The notes beneath the pieces were generated by a model that was not told where the DNA came from, did not search any database, and worked only from the letters and a program-made list of their open reading frames with translations. Shown one piece after another: positions 26,628 through 35,323 of a stretch of 44,743 nt of DNA (the first letter of the stretch is position 1; each line of letters begins with the position of its first letter). Source of the DNA: an uncultured Candidatus Saccharibacteria bacterium (GTDB lineage Bacteria; Patescibacteriota; Minisyncoccia; Phycocordibacterales; UBA918); the NCBI GenBank assembly GCA_964649535.1, contig CAZYTF010000002.1, positions 1 to 44,743 of the forward strand. The letters are read 5' to 3'. A program made the translations under genes and the position numbers.

Positions 26628-28283
26628 ATGCAGAACACATATACATTGGAATCAACACTTAGTCTTAAACGTTATAATTTAAAGGATAGACAGCTTTTTG
26701 ATTTGGAGATGTTGATGGTGGGTGGATTTGCACCGCTTGAGGGATTTATGAATGAAGGTGATTATAAAAATGTTGTTGAGGAGATGCGACTTGAAAATGG
26801 GGAATTGTTTTCGATCCCTATCGTACTTGACGTTCCTGACAGCGCTCCATTTGTTGTGGGTGAATCAGTAGTGCTCTGTGATCAGTATGGAAATCCTCTT
26901 GCGGTAATGGAAGTTGAGTCGCGTTTTACTCCGGACAAGAAAAATGAAGTCAAAAAAGTATATGGTACTGAAGATATGCTGCACCCGGGTGTACGGTATG
27001 TGATGAATCAAATGCACGACACGTATATTGGTGGGAAAATCCATAAATTACAACTTGAAGCTCGACATGATTTTAAAGAGTTTCGTTACACTCCAGAAGA
27101 GTTAAAAAAAGTTTTTAAAGAAAAAGGGTGGGATAAGGTCGTCGCATTCCAGACACGTAACCCAATGCACCGCGCGCACTTTGAACTTGTGAAACGTGCG
27201 CACGAAAAGACGGGGTATCCAGTGCTTATCCACCCAGTCGTAGGTATGACTCGTGAAGGGGATATTGATTACATTACGAGGGTGCACACATACCGGGTGG
27301 TATGTGAGAAATATGGCAAAGATTTCACGTTCTTGTCGTTGCTTCCACTTGCAATGCGAATGGCGGGACCGCGAGAGGTCTTGTGGCACATGATTGTTAG
27401 AAAAAACTACGGTTGCACGCACATGATTTCTGGACGCGATCACGCTGGTCCAGGAAAAGACAGTAACGGCGAGCCGTTCTATGGTCCGTATGAAGCACGT
27501 GACTTAGGAATGAAATACGCTGATGAGATTGGTATTGAAATAGTGCCGAGTGATGAACTTGCGTACGTTCCTTCGCGTGCTGAGTATGTGAGCACAGAGG
27601 ACTTAAAAGAAGAGGAAGAGACAACAAGTATTTCAGGGACAGAGTTTAGACGGAGATTATTTGCAGGTGAGGATATTCCTGAATGGTTTTCATTTCCTGA
27701 GAGTATTGCAGAATTGCAAGTTGGAGTTGCAAAACAAAAGCGACGAGGAGTTACTGTTTTCTTTACAGGTCTTTCAGGTTCAGGGAAATCGACGGTTGCA
27801 AACATCGTTGCATCAAAGCTTCTGGAAATACAAGATAGAGAAATAACACTGCTTGATGGAGATGTGATTCGAAACCACCTCACTAGTGAGCTAGGATTTT
27901 CCAAAGAACATCGTGACTTGAATGTTCAGCGTGTGGGCTTCGTTGCGAGTGAGATTACCAAGCACGGAGGTATTGCTGTTTGTTCACTTATAGCACCCTA
28001 TAAACAAGCCCGTGATAAGGCTCGTGAACTTGTGGAGACCCAAGGAACGTTTGTGGAAGTACATGTTTCAACCCCAATTGATATTTGTGAAAAACGAGAT
28101 GTGAAAGGACTTTATGAAAAAGCACGGAAAGGCTTGATTAAAGGCTTTACTGGAGTTGATGATCCGTATCAGGTGCCAGAGCGTGCTGAAGTTGTTATTG
28201 ACACAAGTGAAGGTACGCCAGAAAGTCACGCAGAAAAAGTCATTGCTTTTTTAGTGGAGCAAGGAACAGTACTACTCAGATAA
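26628..28283 (+). CDS. Bifunctional sulfate adenylyltransferase (ATP sulfurylase) / adenylylsulfate kinase, i.e. a PAPS synthase
   Basis: ATP sulfurylase motifs FQTRNPMHRAHFEL and ISGRDHAGPG. C-terminal APS kinase P-loop VFFTGLSGSGKSTVA and KGFTGVDDPYQ. Confidence 0.9.
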   Translation: MQNTYTLESTLSLKRYNLKDRQLFDLEMLMVGGFAPLEGFMNEGDYKNVVEEMRLENGELFSIPIVLDVPDSAPFVVGESVVLCDQYGNPLAVMEVESRFTPDKKNEVKKVYGTEDMLHPGVRYVMNQMHDTYIGGKIHKLQLEARHDFKEFRYTPEELKKVFKEKGWDKVVAFQTRNPMHRAHFELVKRAHEKTGYPVLIHPVVGMTREGDIDYITRVHTYRVVCEKYGKDFTFLSLLPLAMRMAGPREVLWHMIVRKNYGCTHMISGRDHAGPGKDSNGEPFYGPYEARDLGMKYADEIGIEIVPSDELAYVPSRAEYVSTEDLKEEEETTSISGTEFRRRLFAGEDIPEWFSFPESIAELQVGVAKQKRRGVTVFFTGLSGSGKSTVANIVASKLLEIQDREITLLDGDVIRNHLTSELGFSKEHRDLNVQRVGFVASEITKHGGIAVCSLIAPYKQARDKARELVETQGTFVEVHVSTPIDICEKRDVKGLYEKARKGLIKGFTGVDDPYQVPERAEVVIDTSEGTPESHAEKVIAFLVEQGTVLLR

Positions 28284-29063
28284 CTACTGCAACCACTTTG
28301 CTTTAAGACTTTCTCTTTCAGCGTCACTAAAGAAATGTTGAGAATATGGAGAAGAATATATTTTCTCAAGTAGATTAAGTGGAATGTGTAATTGTGACAT
28401 AAATCTTGCATAGAGATCGGCGTTATCTTTTTTGTTTCTTGTGTTTTCTCTTGTAATCGTCACATTCTTCACTCCAAGAAAAGTATTAATGACCTCAGCT
28501 TTTTTGGTGTTATCTAACTCAGTTCTAATGATAAGGGTTGGATAGAGTTCGTGTTCAACTATTCCAAACATGTTGTCGGTGTCAAACATGTGTTCAAAAA
28601 CATCGATGCCAGTGTATTTATAAAACTCATTTTCAAACCAATAGAGATGGCTGTTCAAGCGTTCAGTTTTGAGCACTTGTTCTATAAAGATGTCAATTAA
28701 TCTTTTTATGTCATTCTTCTCAAGTGCACGACTGCCATCGGGGATCCAGCCATTTGAGCATTTACTAAAATAATAGGAACCCATGATTGCAACAGGGTCA
28801 CGTACAAGGGAAATGATGTGTGCCGGTTTCTTTTTGTTAATAATATGTTTTTTTACAAATTGCGTAGTGCCACGCCTCTCAATTTTGAAGGATTCAACTT
28901 TGAAACTAAAAATTCCAACATCACGAAGATTTTTTAAAAGTCCCATCGAGCCCACTCGTCCGGGAGCGTACACAAGTACAGGAGATTCTCTCTTTATATA
29001 TATTTTAGTGTAGGCGTAAAGGCCTTTCTTTAGTGGGGCAAACATAATTTTAGATATTAACAT
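28284..29063 (-). CDS. Putative sulfotransferase
   Basis: 5'-PSB-like VYAPGRVGSMGL and 3'-PB-like ISLVRDPVAIMGSYYFS. Its stop codon abuts the PAPS synthase stop with a zero-nt gap. Confidence 0.6.
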   Translation of the reverse strand: MLISKIMFAPLKKGLYAYTKIYIKRESPVLVYAPGRVGSMGLLKNLRDVGIFSFKVESFKIERRGTTQFVKKHIINKKKPAHIISLVRDPVAIMGSYYFSKCSNGWIPDGSRALEKNDIKRLIDIFIEQVLKTERLNSHLYWFENEFYKYTGIDVFEHMFDTDNMFGIVEHELYPTLIIRTELDNTKKAEVINTFLGVKNVTITRENTRNKKDNADLYARFMSQLHIPLNLLEKIYSSPYSQHFFSDAERESLKAKWLQ

Positions 29064-29141
29064 AATTTTTCAAAATGTGATTTTGACTGAATGCAGCATG
29101 TGATACTAATAAAAGTGATTATGTAATTAATTTTTCTATGT

Positions 29142-31109
29142 ATGAAAAAGTTCTTTTTAACATTATTTTGTTTTCTTTTATTTGCAAATATTGGGTATGC
29201 CGCTGGTGAAAGCACTGTTGTGATCCAGCCAGGGCCTGAAGATGGCAAGGATACATATTTTGGCACCAATAGCGTTGGGGGTAGGAATGGTCGTCCAGAT
29301 GATTTTGAAATTAGAATTGGCGGGTGGGGTGACTACTGGACATCATATTTACAATTTGAGCTGACTGCAATTCCAGCGGGTGCAATATTGGAATCCGCGT
29401 ATCTACATTTGTTTAACAACAGAGTCGATACAAATGATAACTATGGAAAGCTTTATAGGGTAGCTGAGTATTGGGATGAATCAGACCCTGAGGAAACTTC
29501 TTTCCCAGAATCTTTAGATTACGGGATGAGTTACCAGTTCGTCCCAAACAATGATTGGTGGGTAGTTGATGTGTCCGAAATTGTAACTGACTGGAAAGCT
29601 GGTACTTATGATAATTATGGATTTAAAGCACTTGGTCAGTACAATAATAACTTTCACGGTAAAGGCTTCTACTCCTCAGACTACCTTGACGATCCGACAC
29701 TCCGGCCGAAGTTGGTTGTAACATATACTTTGCCCGAAGAAGAGGGTGGAGGTATTGAAGAGCTTGCAGATGAACTTGAGATGCTCCTTGAAGACACATA
29801 CAGTGACATGAGATCGAGACGTATCGTATATACAGCATTGCTCAACAGGGCCGTGAATTCTGCTGAAAGTGGCAATATTGAAGCTGCCGAAAGATTGATG
29901 GGCAGGCTCTTAAAATCTGTACAGAAAGATGAGACTAAAGGAAGAATAGATGGTGCGTTAGCAGACAAAATTATCATGCTTGCAGACTCACTACTTGAGG
30001 AGATTCAGAGTATGAATATTCCCAATGAGATTCCTCTCATAACACAGACTGCCTCACCGTATCCTCCTGAATCTGCGAATTGGGCTGGCTTACTGTATGC
30101 CGATGGTCGTGCAAACTATAGTGGTAGTTGCGGCGCAACCATTGAACAGTGCGGATGCGCACTAAGTTCATTTGCTATGCTTGGTCAATCGCACGGGCTG
30201 ACTACAGGTGTTGATGGTTCGGACGCCACTCCTCCGAACATCGATGCTTGGTTACTTGCAAATAATGGGTATACGAGTAAGGGTGATATTAATTGGAGTC
30301 AAGCTATTAAATATTTTAGTAAACCTGGATTAGATGGTAGTTCTTACTTTACAATTGATACACTTAAAGAGACTGACCGCACAGTGATTGATGCGTATCT
30401 TGAAAATAATCGACCAGTAATCACTGAGACTTTGGCAACTAGCCGTAGTGGTTCAAAATATACGCACTTTGTGTTGAGTACAGATTTGTATTTAGATACG
30501 TATAGTATTAAGGATCCACTTTGGTACAATACCGAAAATTTGGACGACATTCGTGATCGTATAGCTTGGGTGCAGGACTATGACGATATTGTGACAAGTG
30601 GACGATTGTTTGAATTTCATGAAAAGCCGAAAAAAGTTGTTTCAGGAATTGAGATTCATCTAGCTTCACCTGCTGAAATGGTGCTCACAGATAAAAATGG
30701 TGACAGAATTGGCTTTGATCCTGAATCAGGGCTCACATATAGTGAAGTTGAAGGAGAATACTATGAAGAATCTGCAGTATATTCTGAGGAGATGGCAGAA
30801 TCAGGAGTTGCTCCCCATGTGACAAAAATTTTGTACGTTCCAAATCCTGTAAGTGATAATTATTCTCTGGAAATAATTGGGACCGATGTAGGTGATTATT
30901 CCGTTTCTATTCTGATTACTAATGATGATGGCTCAAGTGAGTATATTGAAATAGAAGAAGAGACTTCATTGAATGATCGTGAAAGTTATGAAATTGAGCT
31001 AGATTTAAAACGGAAGCACCAAAGTTATTTTACTAAAGTTTGGGGAAAGGGTGGGTACGGTCATGGCAAAGATCGTGGCCGTTCAAAGAAGGGAAAGCGT
31101 AACAGGTAG
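29142..31109 (+). CDS. Secreted multidomain protein: N-terminal DNRLRE-like beta-sandwich, helical linker, possible papain/C39-like Cys peptidase region and a Gly/Lys/Arg-rich tail
   Basis: Signal peptide MKKFFLTLFCFLLFANIGYA. DGKDTYFG...SYLQFELTAIPAGAILESAYLHLFN resembles the DNRLRE domain. SCGATIEQCGCALSSFAMLGQSHG resembles the catalytic-Cys region of C39-like peptidases. Ends in GKGGYGHGKDRGRSKKGKRNR. The CDS is solid; the domain calls are tentative. Confidence 0.5.
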   Translation: MKKFFLTLFCFLLFANIGYAAGESTVVIQPGPEDGKDTYFGTNSVGGRNGRPDDFEIRIGGWGDYWTSYLQFELTAIPAGAILESAYLHLFNNRVDTNDNYGKLYRVAEYWDESDPEETSFPESLDYGMSYQFVPNNDWWVVDVSEIVTDWKAGTYDNYGFKALGQYNNNFHGKGFYSSDYLDDPTLRPKLVVTYTLPEEEGGGIEELADELEMLLEDTYSDMRSRRIVYTALLNRAVNSAESGNIEAAERLMGRLLKSVQKDETKGRIDGALADKIIMLADSLLEEIQSMNIPNEIPLITQTASPYPPESANWAGLLYADGRANYSGSCGATIEQCGCALSSFAMLGQSHGLTTGVDGSDATPPNIDAWLLANNGYTSKGDINWSQAIKYFSKPGLDGSSYFTIDTLKETDRTVIDAYLENNRPVITETLATSRSGSKYTHFVLSTDLYLDTYSIKDPLWYNTENLDDIRDRIAWVQDYDDIVTSGRLFEFHEKPKKVVSGIEIHLASPAEMVLTDKNGDRIGFDPESGLTYSEVEGEYYEESAVYSEEMAESGVAPHVTKILYVPNPVSDNYSLEIIGTDVGDYSVSILITNDDGSSEYIEIEEETSLNDRESYEIELDLKRKHQSYFTKVWGKGGYGHGKDRGRSKKGKRNR

Positions 31110-31202
31110 TTATCAGATATATGTATGGAGAAACTGACTTTGAAGATTGTTGTGTAACTCACCTAGGCAAGTAAGTGGACTGCTTCTCCGAGCATTTTGT
31201 TG

Positions 31203-31238
31203 ACAAACCCCGCAAATGAAAGCGGGGTTTGTTTTTTT
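31203..31238 (+). terminator. Rho-independent terminator
   Basis: acaaaccccgc-aaatgaaa-gcggggtttgt followed by a T-run (T7 at 31232-31238, of which t31232 closes the stem). Confidence 0.8.
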
Positions 31239-31279
31239 ACGATTACAGCTCTTACGCAGTATGATATAGTCATAGCCAT

Positions 31280-33463
31280 ATGAAAGATTTCCTTAAAGTT
31301 ATTGTGTTTGGAGGCCTTTTTTTGGTCCCACTTTTACCAGTGTATGTTGAATCTGATTTCTTCTTCCCGTTTATTACAGGTAAGAATTTTGCATTCCGCA
31401 TACTTATTGAAGTGGTGTGTGCGTCCTGGATTCTCCTAGCGCTAGCAGATGTAAGATATCGTCCACGATTCTCTTGGATATTGGCTGGTTTTTCGGCACT
31501 TCTCGTTGTGATGTTTTTTGCTAATCTGTTTGGAGAGTATCCACATAAGAGTTTCTGGAGTAATTTTGAGCGAATGGATGGCTATGTCACGCTCATACAT
31601 CTTTTTGCGTATACGTTTATCGCCGGCAGCGTTCTTACAACTGATAAACTTTGGTCATACTTCTTTAATTTTTCAGTTGCAATTGCACTGTTTGTTGCTG
31701 TGTATGGCTTAGCGCAACACGGGGGACTCATTGAGGGAGGGAGGGCACGTATTGACTCACGACTTGGAAATGCTGCGTATATGGCAGTGTACATGCTCTT
31801 CCATATCTTTATCGTGCTGTGGCTGTTTGTGAGGTCAAAAGTAAGTGTGCACAAAATCATGTACGCATGTATGGCACTCTTATTTATTTATACGCTCCTC
31901 CTCACAGGAACGCGAGGTACCTTCCTCGGATTCATTGGCGGCATGTCGGTAGCAGTTGGCTATGTTGCGCTTTTTGGACGTCAGTATCCTGAACTTCGCA
32001 AGATTGCGATCGGGGGATGTTTGGCGGTTGTTATTATCATACTTGGCTTTTGGTCTGTGAAGGATAGTTCGTTTGTGCAAAGTAGTGGGCCGCTCGCTCG
32101 TATAGCTAGTCTAAATATTCAAAAAGATCTTGAGACTCGAGGTGTCATTTGGTCAATGGCTCTCGAAGGTGTAAAAGAGCGTCCGTTGTTAGGATGGGGA
32201 CAGGGTAATTTCAACTACGTTTTCAACAAAAACTTTGAACCGGTTTTGTATAATAAAGAAGCCTGGTTTGATCGCGTGCATGACATTGTGCTCGACTGGC
32301 TCATTGCTGGGGGAGTACTTGGTTTTCTCGCATATGCCTCAATCTTTGTAGCCCTTTTCTACTATTTGTTTTGGCTACCTATTTGGAACAAAAATCAACA
32401 CTTTGACGTTCTTGAGCGTGCAGTGCTCTTAGGGCTTGTTGTAGGGTACTTGATGCACAATCTCGTGGTGTTTGATAACATCATCAGTTATATTTTCTTT
32501 GGTACGATACTCGCGCTAGTGCATTCAAGAGTTTCTGAAAGTATAGAAGCTGTTGATTCGGTTGGAACAAACGAAAAGCTAATCACACAATTTTTTGCTC
32601 CAATCGTAATCATTATCGCGGCAGCTACTATCTATTTTGTAAACGTCCCGAGCATGTTGGCTGCACATGACATCATCGCTTCATTAAAGCTCGAAACAGT
32701 TGAAGGCAGATTGGCGGAATTTGACAAGGCACTGGCACGAGGTTCGTTTGCTGATCAGGAAATAGTAGAGCAACTCATACAGCAAGCGATGAGTATCGTG
32801 AATAATCAAAATCTTCCTGAAAGTCAAAGGCTTGCAATGATGCAGCGTGCCGAGGTTGAGATGCATACGTTAATCGAAAAGAAGCCCGGTGATGCGCGTT
32901 TGCATAATTTCCTTGCAACATTTTACCGTGCGATGGGAGCGCTCCCTCAAGCGCGAGAACAGGCGGCAGAGGCCCGTGAATTGTCTCCGCGTAAACCTGC
33001 TATTGTTATAGAACAAGGAGTTATCGAAGTTCAGGCAAATCAAATTGAAGCAGCACGTGATTTCTTTAAAGAGGCGTATGTGCTCGAAACTTCAAATAGC
33101 CAAGCTTTGGTTCTGTATGCAAGTACTTTGGTGATACTCGGCGATGTAGAGGAGGCGAAAGCTTTGATTGGAGAGGAACATCTCGATGAATTTGCTGCAA
33201 ATGACTTCGCATTGAACGCAGTTAACAAAAGCACCGACAAAGTATTCTTGGCTGAATTGTTTGAGAAGCGTGTGGCACTTTTTCCAAATGAGCCACAAAA
33301 TCGAGCAAGTCTCTCGTATGCGTATTATCAATTGGGAGAAATTGATGCATCAATTGAAGTGCTAGAAAAAGCGTCTGTAGATATCCCTGGATTTAGTGAT
33401 CGAGCGCAATGCTTTATTAAGAATCTTCGATCAGGTAGTGACCCGGGTGAAGGATGTGAATAA
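31280..33463 (+). CDS. O-antigen ligase/polymerase-like (Wzy_C-type) polytopic membrane protein with a C-terminal TPR-like domain
   Basis: About 10 or more TM helices, including the LLLTGTRGTFLGFIGG loop typical of O-antigen ligase-like proteins. The C-terminal 280 aa or so is soluble, helical and repeat-like (ARLHNFLATFYRAMGALPQAREQAAEA..., SLSYAYYQLGEIDASIEVLEKA). Confidence 0.55.
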   Translation: MKDFLKVIVFGGLFLVPLLPVYVESDFFFPFITGKNFAFRILIEVVCASWILLALADVRYRPRFSWILAGFSALLVVMFFANLFGEYPHKSFWSNFERMDGYVTLIHLFAYTFIAGSVLTTDKLWSYFFNFSVAIALFVAVYGLAQHGGLIEGGRARIDSRLGNAAYMAVYMLFHIFIVLWLFVRSKVSVHKIMYACMALLFIYTLLLTGTRGTFLGFIGGMSVAVGYVALFGRQYPELRKIAIGGCLAVVIIILGFWSVKDSSFVQSSGPLARIASLNIQKDLETRGVIWSMALEGVKERPLLGWGQGNFNYVFNKNFEPVLYNKEAWFDRVHDIVLDWLIAGGVLGFLAYASIFVALFYYLFWLPIWNKNQHFDVLERAVLLGLVVGYLMHNLVVFDNIISYIFFGTILALVHSRVSESIEAVDSVGTNEKLITQFFAPIVIIIAAATIYFVNVPSMLAAHDIIASLKLETVEGRLAEFDKALARGSFADQEIVEQLIQQAMSIVNNQNLPESQRLAMMQRAEVEMHTLIEKKPGDARLHNFLATFYRAMGALPQAREQAAEARELSPRKPAIVIEQGVIEVQANQIEAARDFFKEAYVLETSNSQALVLYASTLVILGDVEEAKALIGEEHLDEFAANDFALNAVNKSTDKVFLAELFEKRVALFPNEPQNRASLSYAYYQLGEIDASIEVLEKASVDIPGFSDRAQCFIKNLRSGSDPGEGCE

Positions 33464-33469
33464 AAACTA

Positions 33470-34489
33470 ATGATGAGTATTGAAGTTACAAAAAGCGTAC
33501 CACTGGCATCACATACGACACTGCAAGTCGGTGGTCCAGCTTCTTATTATGTTGAGGTAAAAGATGAAACGCAACTGCTTGAAGCAGTTGCGTTTGCGCA
33601 TGAGAACCAGTTGTCGATTACGGTACTTGGTGGAGGATCAAATATCCTCGTTACTGATGGCGGTGTAGAAGGTTTAGTGATTGCTATTCGCATTGATACA
33701 CGAACTGAAACTTTGAATGGGGAAGAGGTTCTTCTGACGGTTGGAGCTGGGGCGATACTTGATGAGGTAGTCCAGCACGCAGTCTCTTCAGGGTGGTGGG
33801 GAATTGAAAATCTTTCATACATTCCAGGGTTGGTTGGTGCGACCCCGATACAAAATGTCGGTGCGTATGGAGTAGAAGCAAAAGATGTTATTGCATCAGT
33901 GCGAGCGTATAACATTGAGACTGGTGATTTCGAAAACTTAACGAATGAAATGTGTGCGTTCGGATATCGCGATTCGTTATTCAAGAAGAAGTCAGGAAAG
34001 AAATATATTGTGACGCAAGTTGTCTACCGACTTAGTACACGGGCGAAGCCGCAAATTGCGTATCGAGATTTGGCCGTTTGGTTTGGCTCAACTGCGCCAA
34101 CAATATTAGAAATTAGAAATGCAGTTATTGCAATCCGCTCAAAAAAATTTCCCGACTGGCAAACTACAGGTACTGCAGGTTCTTTTTTTAAAAATCCTAT
34201 TATTCCAAAAGAACGTTTTGAAGCACTTAAAAAGAAGTATCCTGAGATGCCTGGGTATGCGTTAGAAAATAACTCCGTAAAGGTTGCTCTTGGATGGATA
34301 CTTGATTCGGTGCTAGGTTTGAAAGGAGTGCAAGAAGGAAATGTTGGTACGTACAAAGGACAGGCACTCGTATTGGTTAACAATGGCGAAGCAACAGCAA
34401 CAGAGATTAAAAATTTTGCAGAAAAAATAGTGCACCAGGTAAAACAAAAAACTGACATCGATGTTGAGTGGGAAGTGACGTTGTTTTAG
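33470..34489 (+). CDS. murB: UDP-N-acetylenolpyruvoylglucosamine reductase
   Basis: LASHTTLQVGGPA, VLGGGSNILV, IENLSYIPGLVGATPIQNVGAYG and GSFFKNP are the MurB FAD-binding and substrate-domain motifs. Confidence 0.9.
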   Translation: MMSIEVTKSVPLASHTTLQVGGPASYYVEVKDETQLLEAVAFAHENQLSITVLGGGSNILVTDGGVEGLVIAIRIDTRTETLNGEEVLLTVGAGAILDEVVQHAVSSGWWGIENLSYIPGLVGATPIQNVGAYGVEAKDVIASVRAYNIETGDFENLTNEMCAFGYRDSLFKKKSGKKYIVTQVVYRLSTRAKPQIAYRDLAVWFGSTAPTILEIRNAVIAIRSKKFPDWQTTGTAGSFFKNPIIPKERFEALKKKYPEMPGYALENNSVKVALGWILDSVLGLKGVQEGNVGTYKGQALVLVNNGEATATEIKNFAEKIVHQVKQKTDIDVEWEVTLF

Positions 34490-34507
34490 ATAAAAAATAA
34501 TTTAAGT

Positions 34508-34541
34508 GAACACATTTTTAAAAAGTGTGTTCGCTTTTTTT
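34508..34541 (+). terminator. Probable rho-independent terminator after murB
   Basis: A 7-bp stem gaacaca/tgtgttc with an A/T-rich loop, followed by gc and a T7 run (34535-34541). Confidence 0.5.
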
Positions 34542-34732
34542 AAAATTAAAAACTAAATAAAAATTAGTACACAAAAATATAAATTCTTTATCCCCAAAAA
34601 GGTTTTACTTTTTTTCTTGTGTTAACGACAAGAGAAAGCGATAATAGTTGTAAGCAGACATTCTCATCGATTTGTTCTTTGAAAAAGAGAAGTCAGCGGT
34701 CGAACTTTATTCACTAACTCTCATCACATACT

Positions 34733-34990
34733 ATGCCAGCAAAAAAGAAATCAACTCGCAAAGCTCCTGCAAAGAAGGTTGCGAAAAAGACAGTGCGCAA
34801 GGCAGCTAAGAAGACAGTAAAGAAGACCGCAAAGCGCTCAGTAAAAAAGACTGCAAAGAAAACTACAAAGAAAAAAGTAGTTAAAAAAGCAGCAAAGAAA
34901 AAAGTAGTCAAGAAGGCAGCAAAGAAAACTACAAAGAAAAAAGTAGTCAAGAAGGCTGCAAAAAAAGCGACACGACGCAAGAAGAAGTAA
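34733..34990 (+). CDS. Histone H1-like Lys/Ala-rich nucleoid protein (Hc2/AlgP-type KKAAKK repeats)
   Basis: An 85-aa protein made almost entirely of AKK/VKK/TKK repeats, with nucleotide-level internal repeats. It is flanked by its own terminators, so it looks monocistronic. Confidence 0.75.
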   Translation: MPAKKKSTRKAPAKKVAKKTVRKAAKKTVKKTAKRSVKKTAKKTTKKKVVKKAAKKKVVKKAAKKTTKKKVVKKAAKKATRRKKK

Positions 34991-35095
34991 GTTCAGCTTT
35001 CTCTCGACGTTCGCCGGGAAGAAAGAGAGTGAAGGATTCTCATTCTTCTCTTGCACACTCAAGAGTAATTCATCTTCGCGTCAAGTTTCTTGCAT

Positions 35096-35121
35096 AAAAA
35101 CCGCTTCTGTAGCGGTTTTTT
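35096..35121 (+). terminator. Rho-independent terminator
   Basis: aaaaaccgct-tctgt-agcggttttt plus one extra T. Confidence 0.8.
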
Positions 35122-35234
35122 GCATATGTACGTCAAGACTGACAAATGGCTTTTGATAGGGTACACTAGTGGTCTTATGTCTCCTGTATAGTGGTTTTTT
35201 GGCTCAGGCTTCACTGTAGAATGCGTAGAATACG

Positions 35235-35323
35235 CTAAGATTTTATAATCATTTCACTCATTAAAAACTATGTCCTCTGTACTAAGATTTTATAATCATT
35301 TCACTCATTAAAAACTATGTCCT
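35235..35323. repeat. Perfect 42-nt tandem direct repeat (5-nt spacer, 47-nt period) covering the secA 5' leader and start codon
   Basis: ctaagattttataatcatttcactcattaaaaactatgtcct occurs at 35235-35276 and again at 35282-35323. Verified base by base. Confidence 0.95.

Noticed and set aside
31237-31265. A possible promoter for the O-antigen-ligase-like gene: TTACGA, a 17-nt spacer, then TATGAT
   Set aside because: The spacing is right, but the -35 matches only 3 of 6 positions, and such hexamers are frequent by chance in AT-rich spacers. The evidence is too weak to list as a feature.
34714-35062. Two minus-strand ORFs (34714-34980 and 34838-35062) encoding F/L/C-rich peptides opposite the H1-like gene
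   Set aside because: They are the reverse-complement mirror of AAG/AAA-rich repeats, which give TTT/CTT codons. The plus-strand Lys/Ala repeat protein has a sensible start, stop and flanking terminators.
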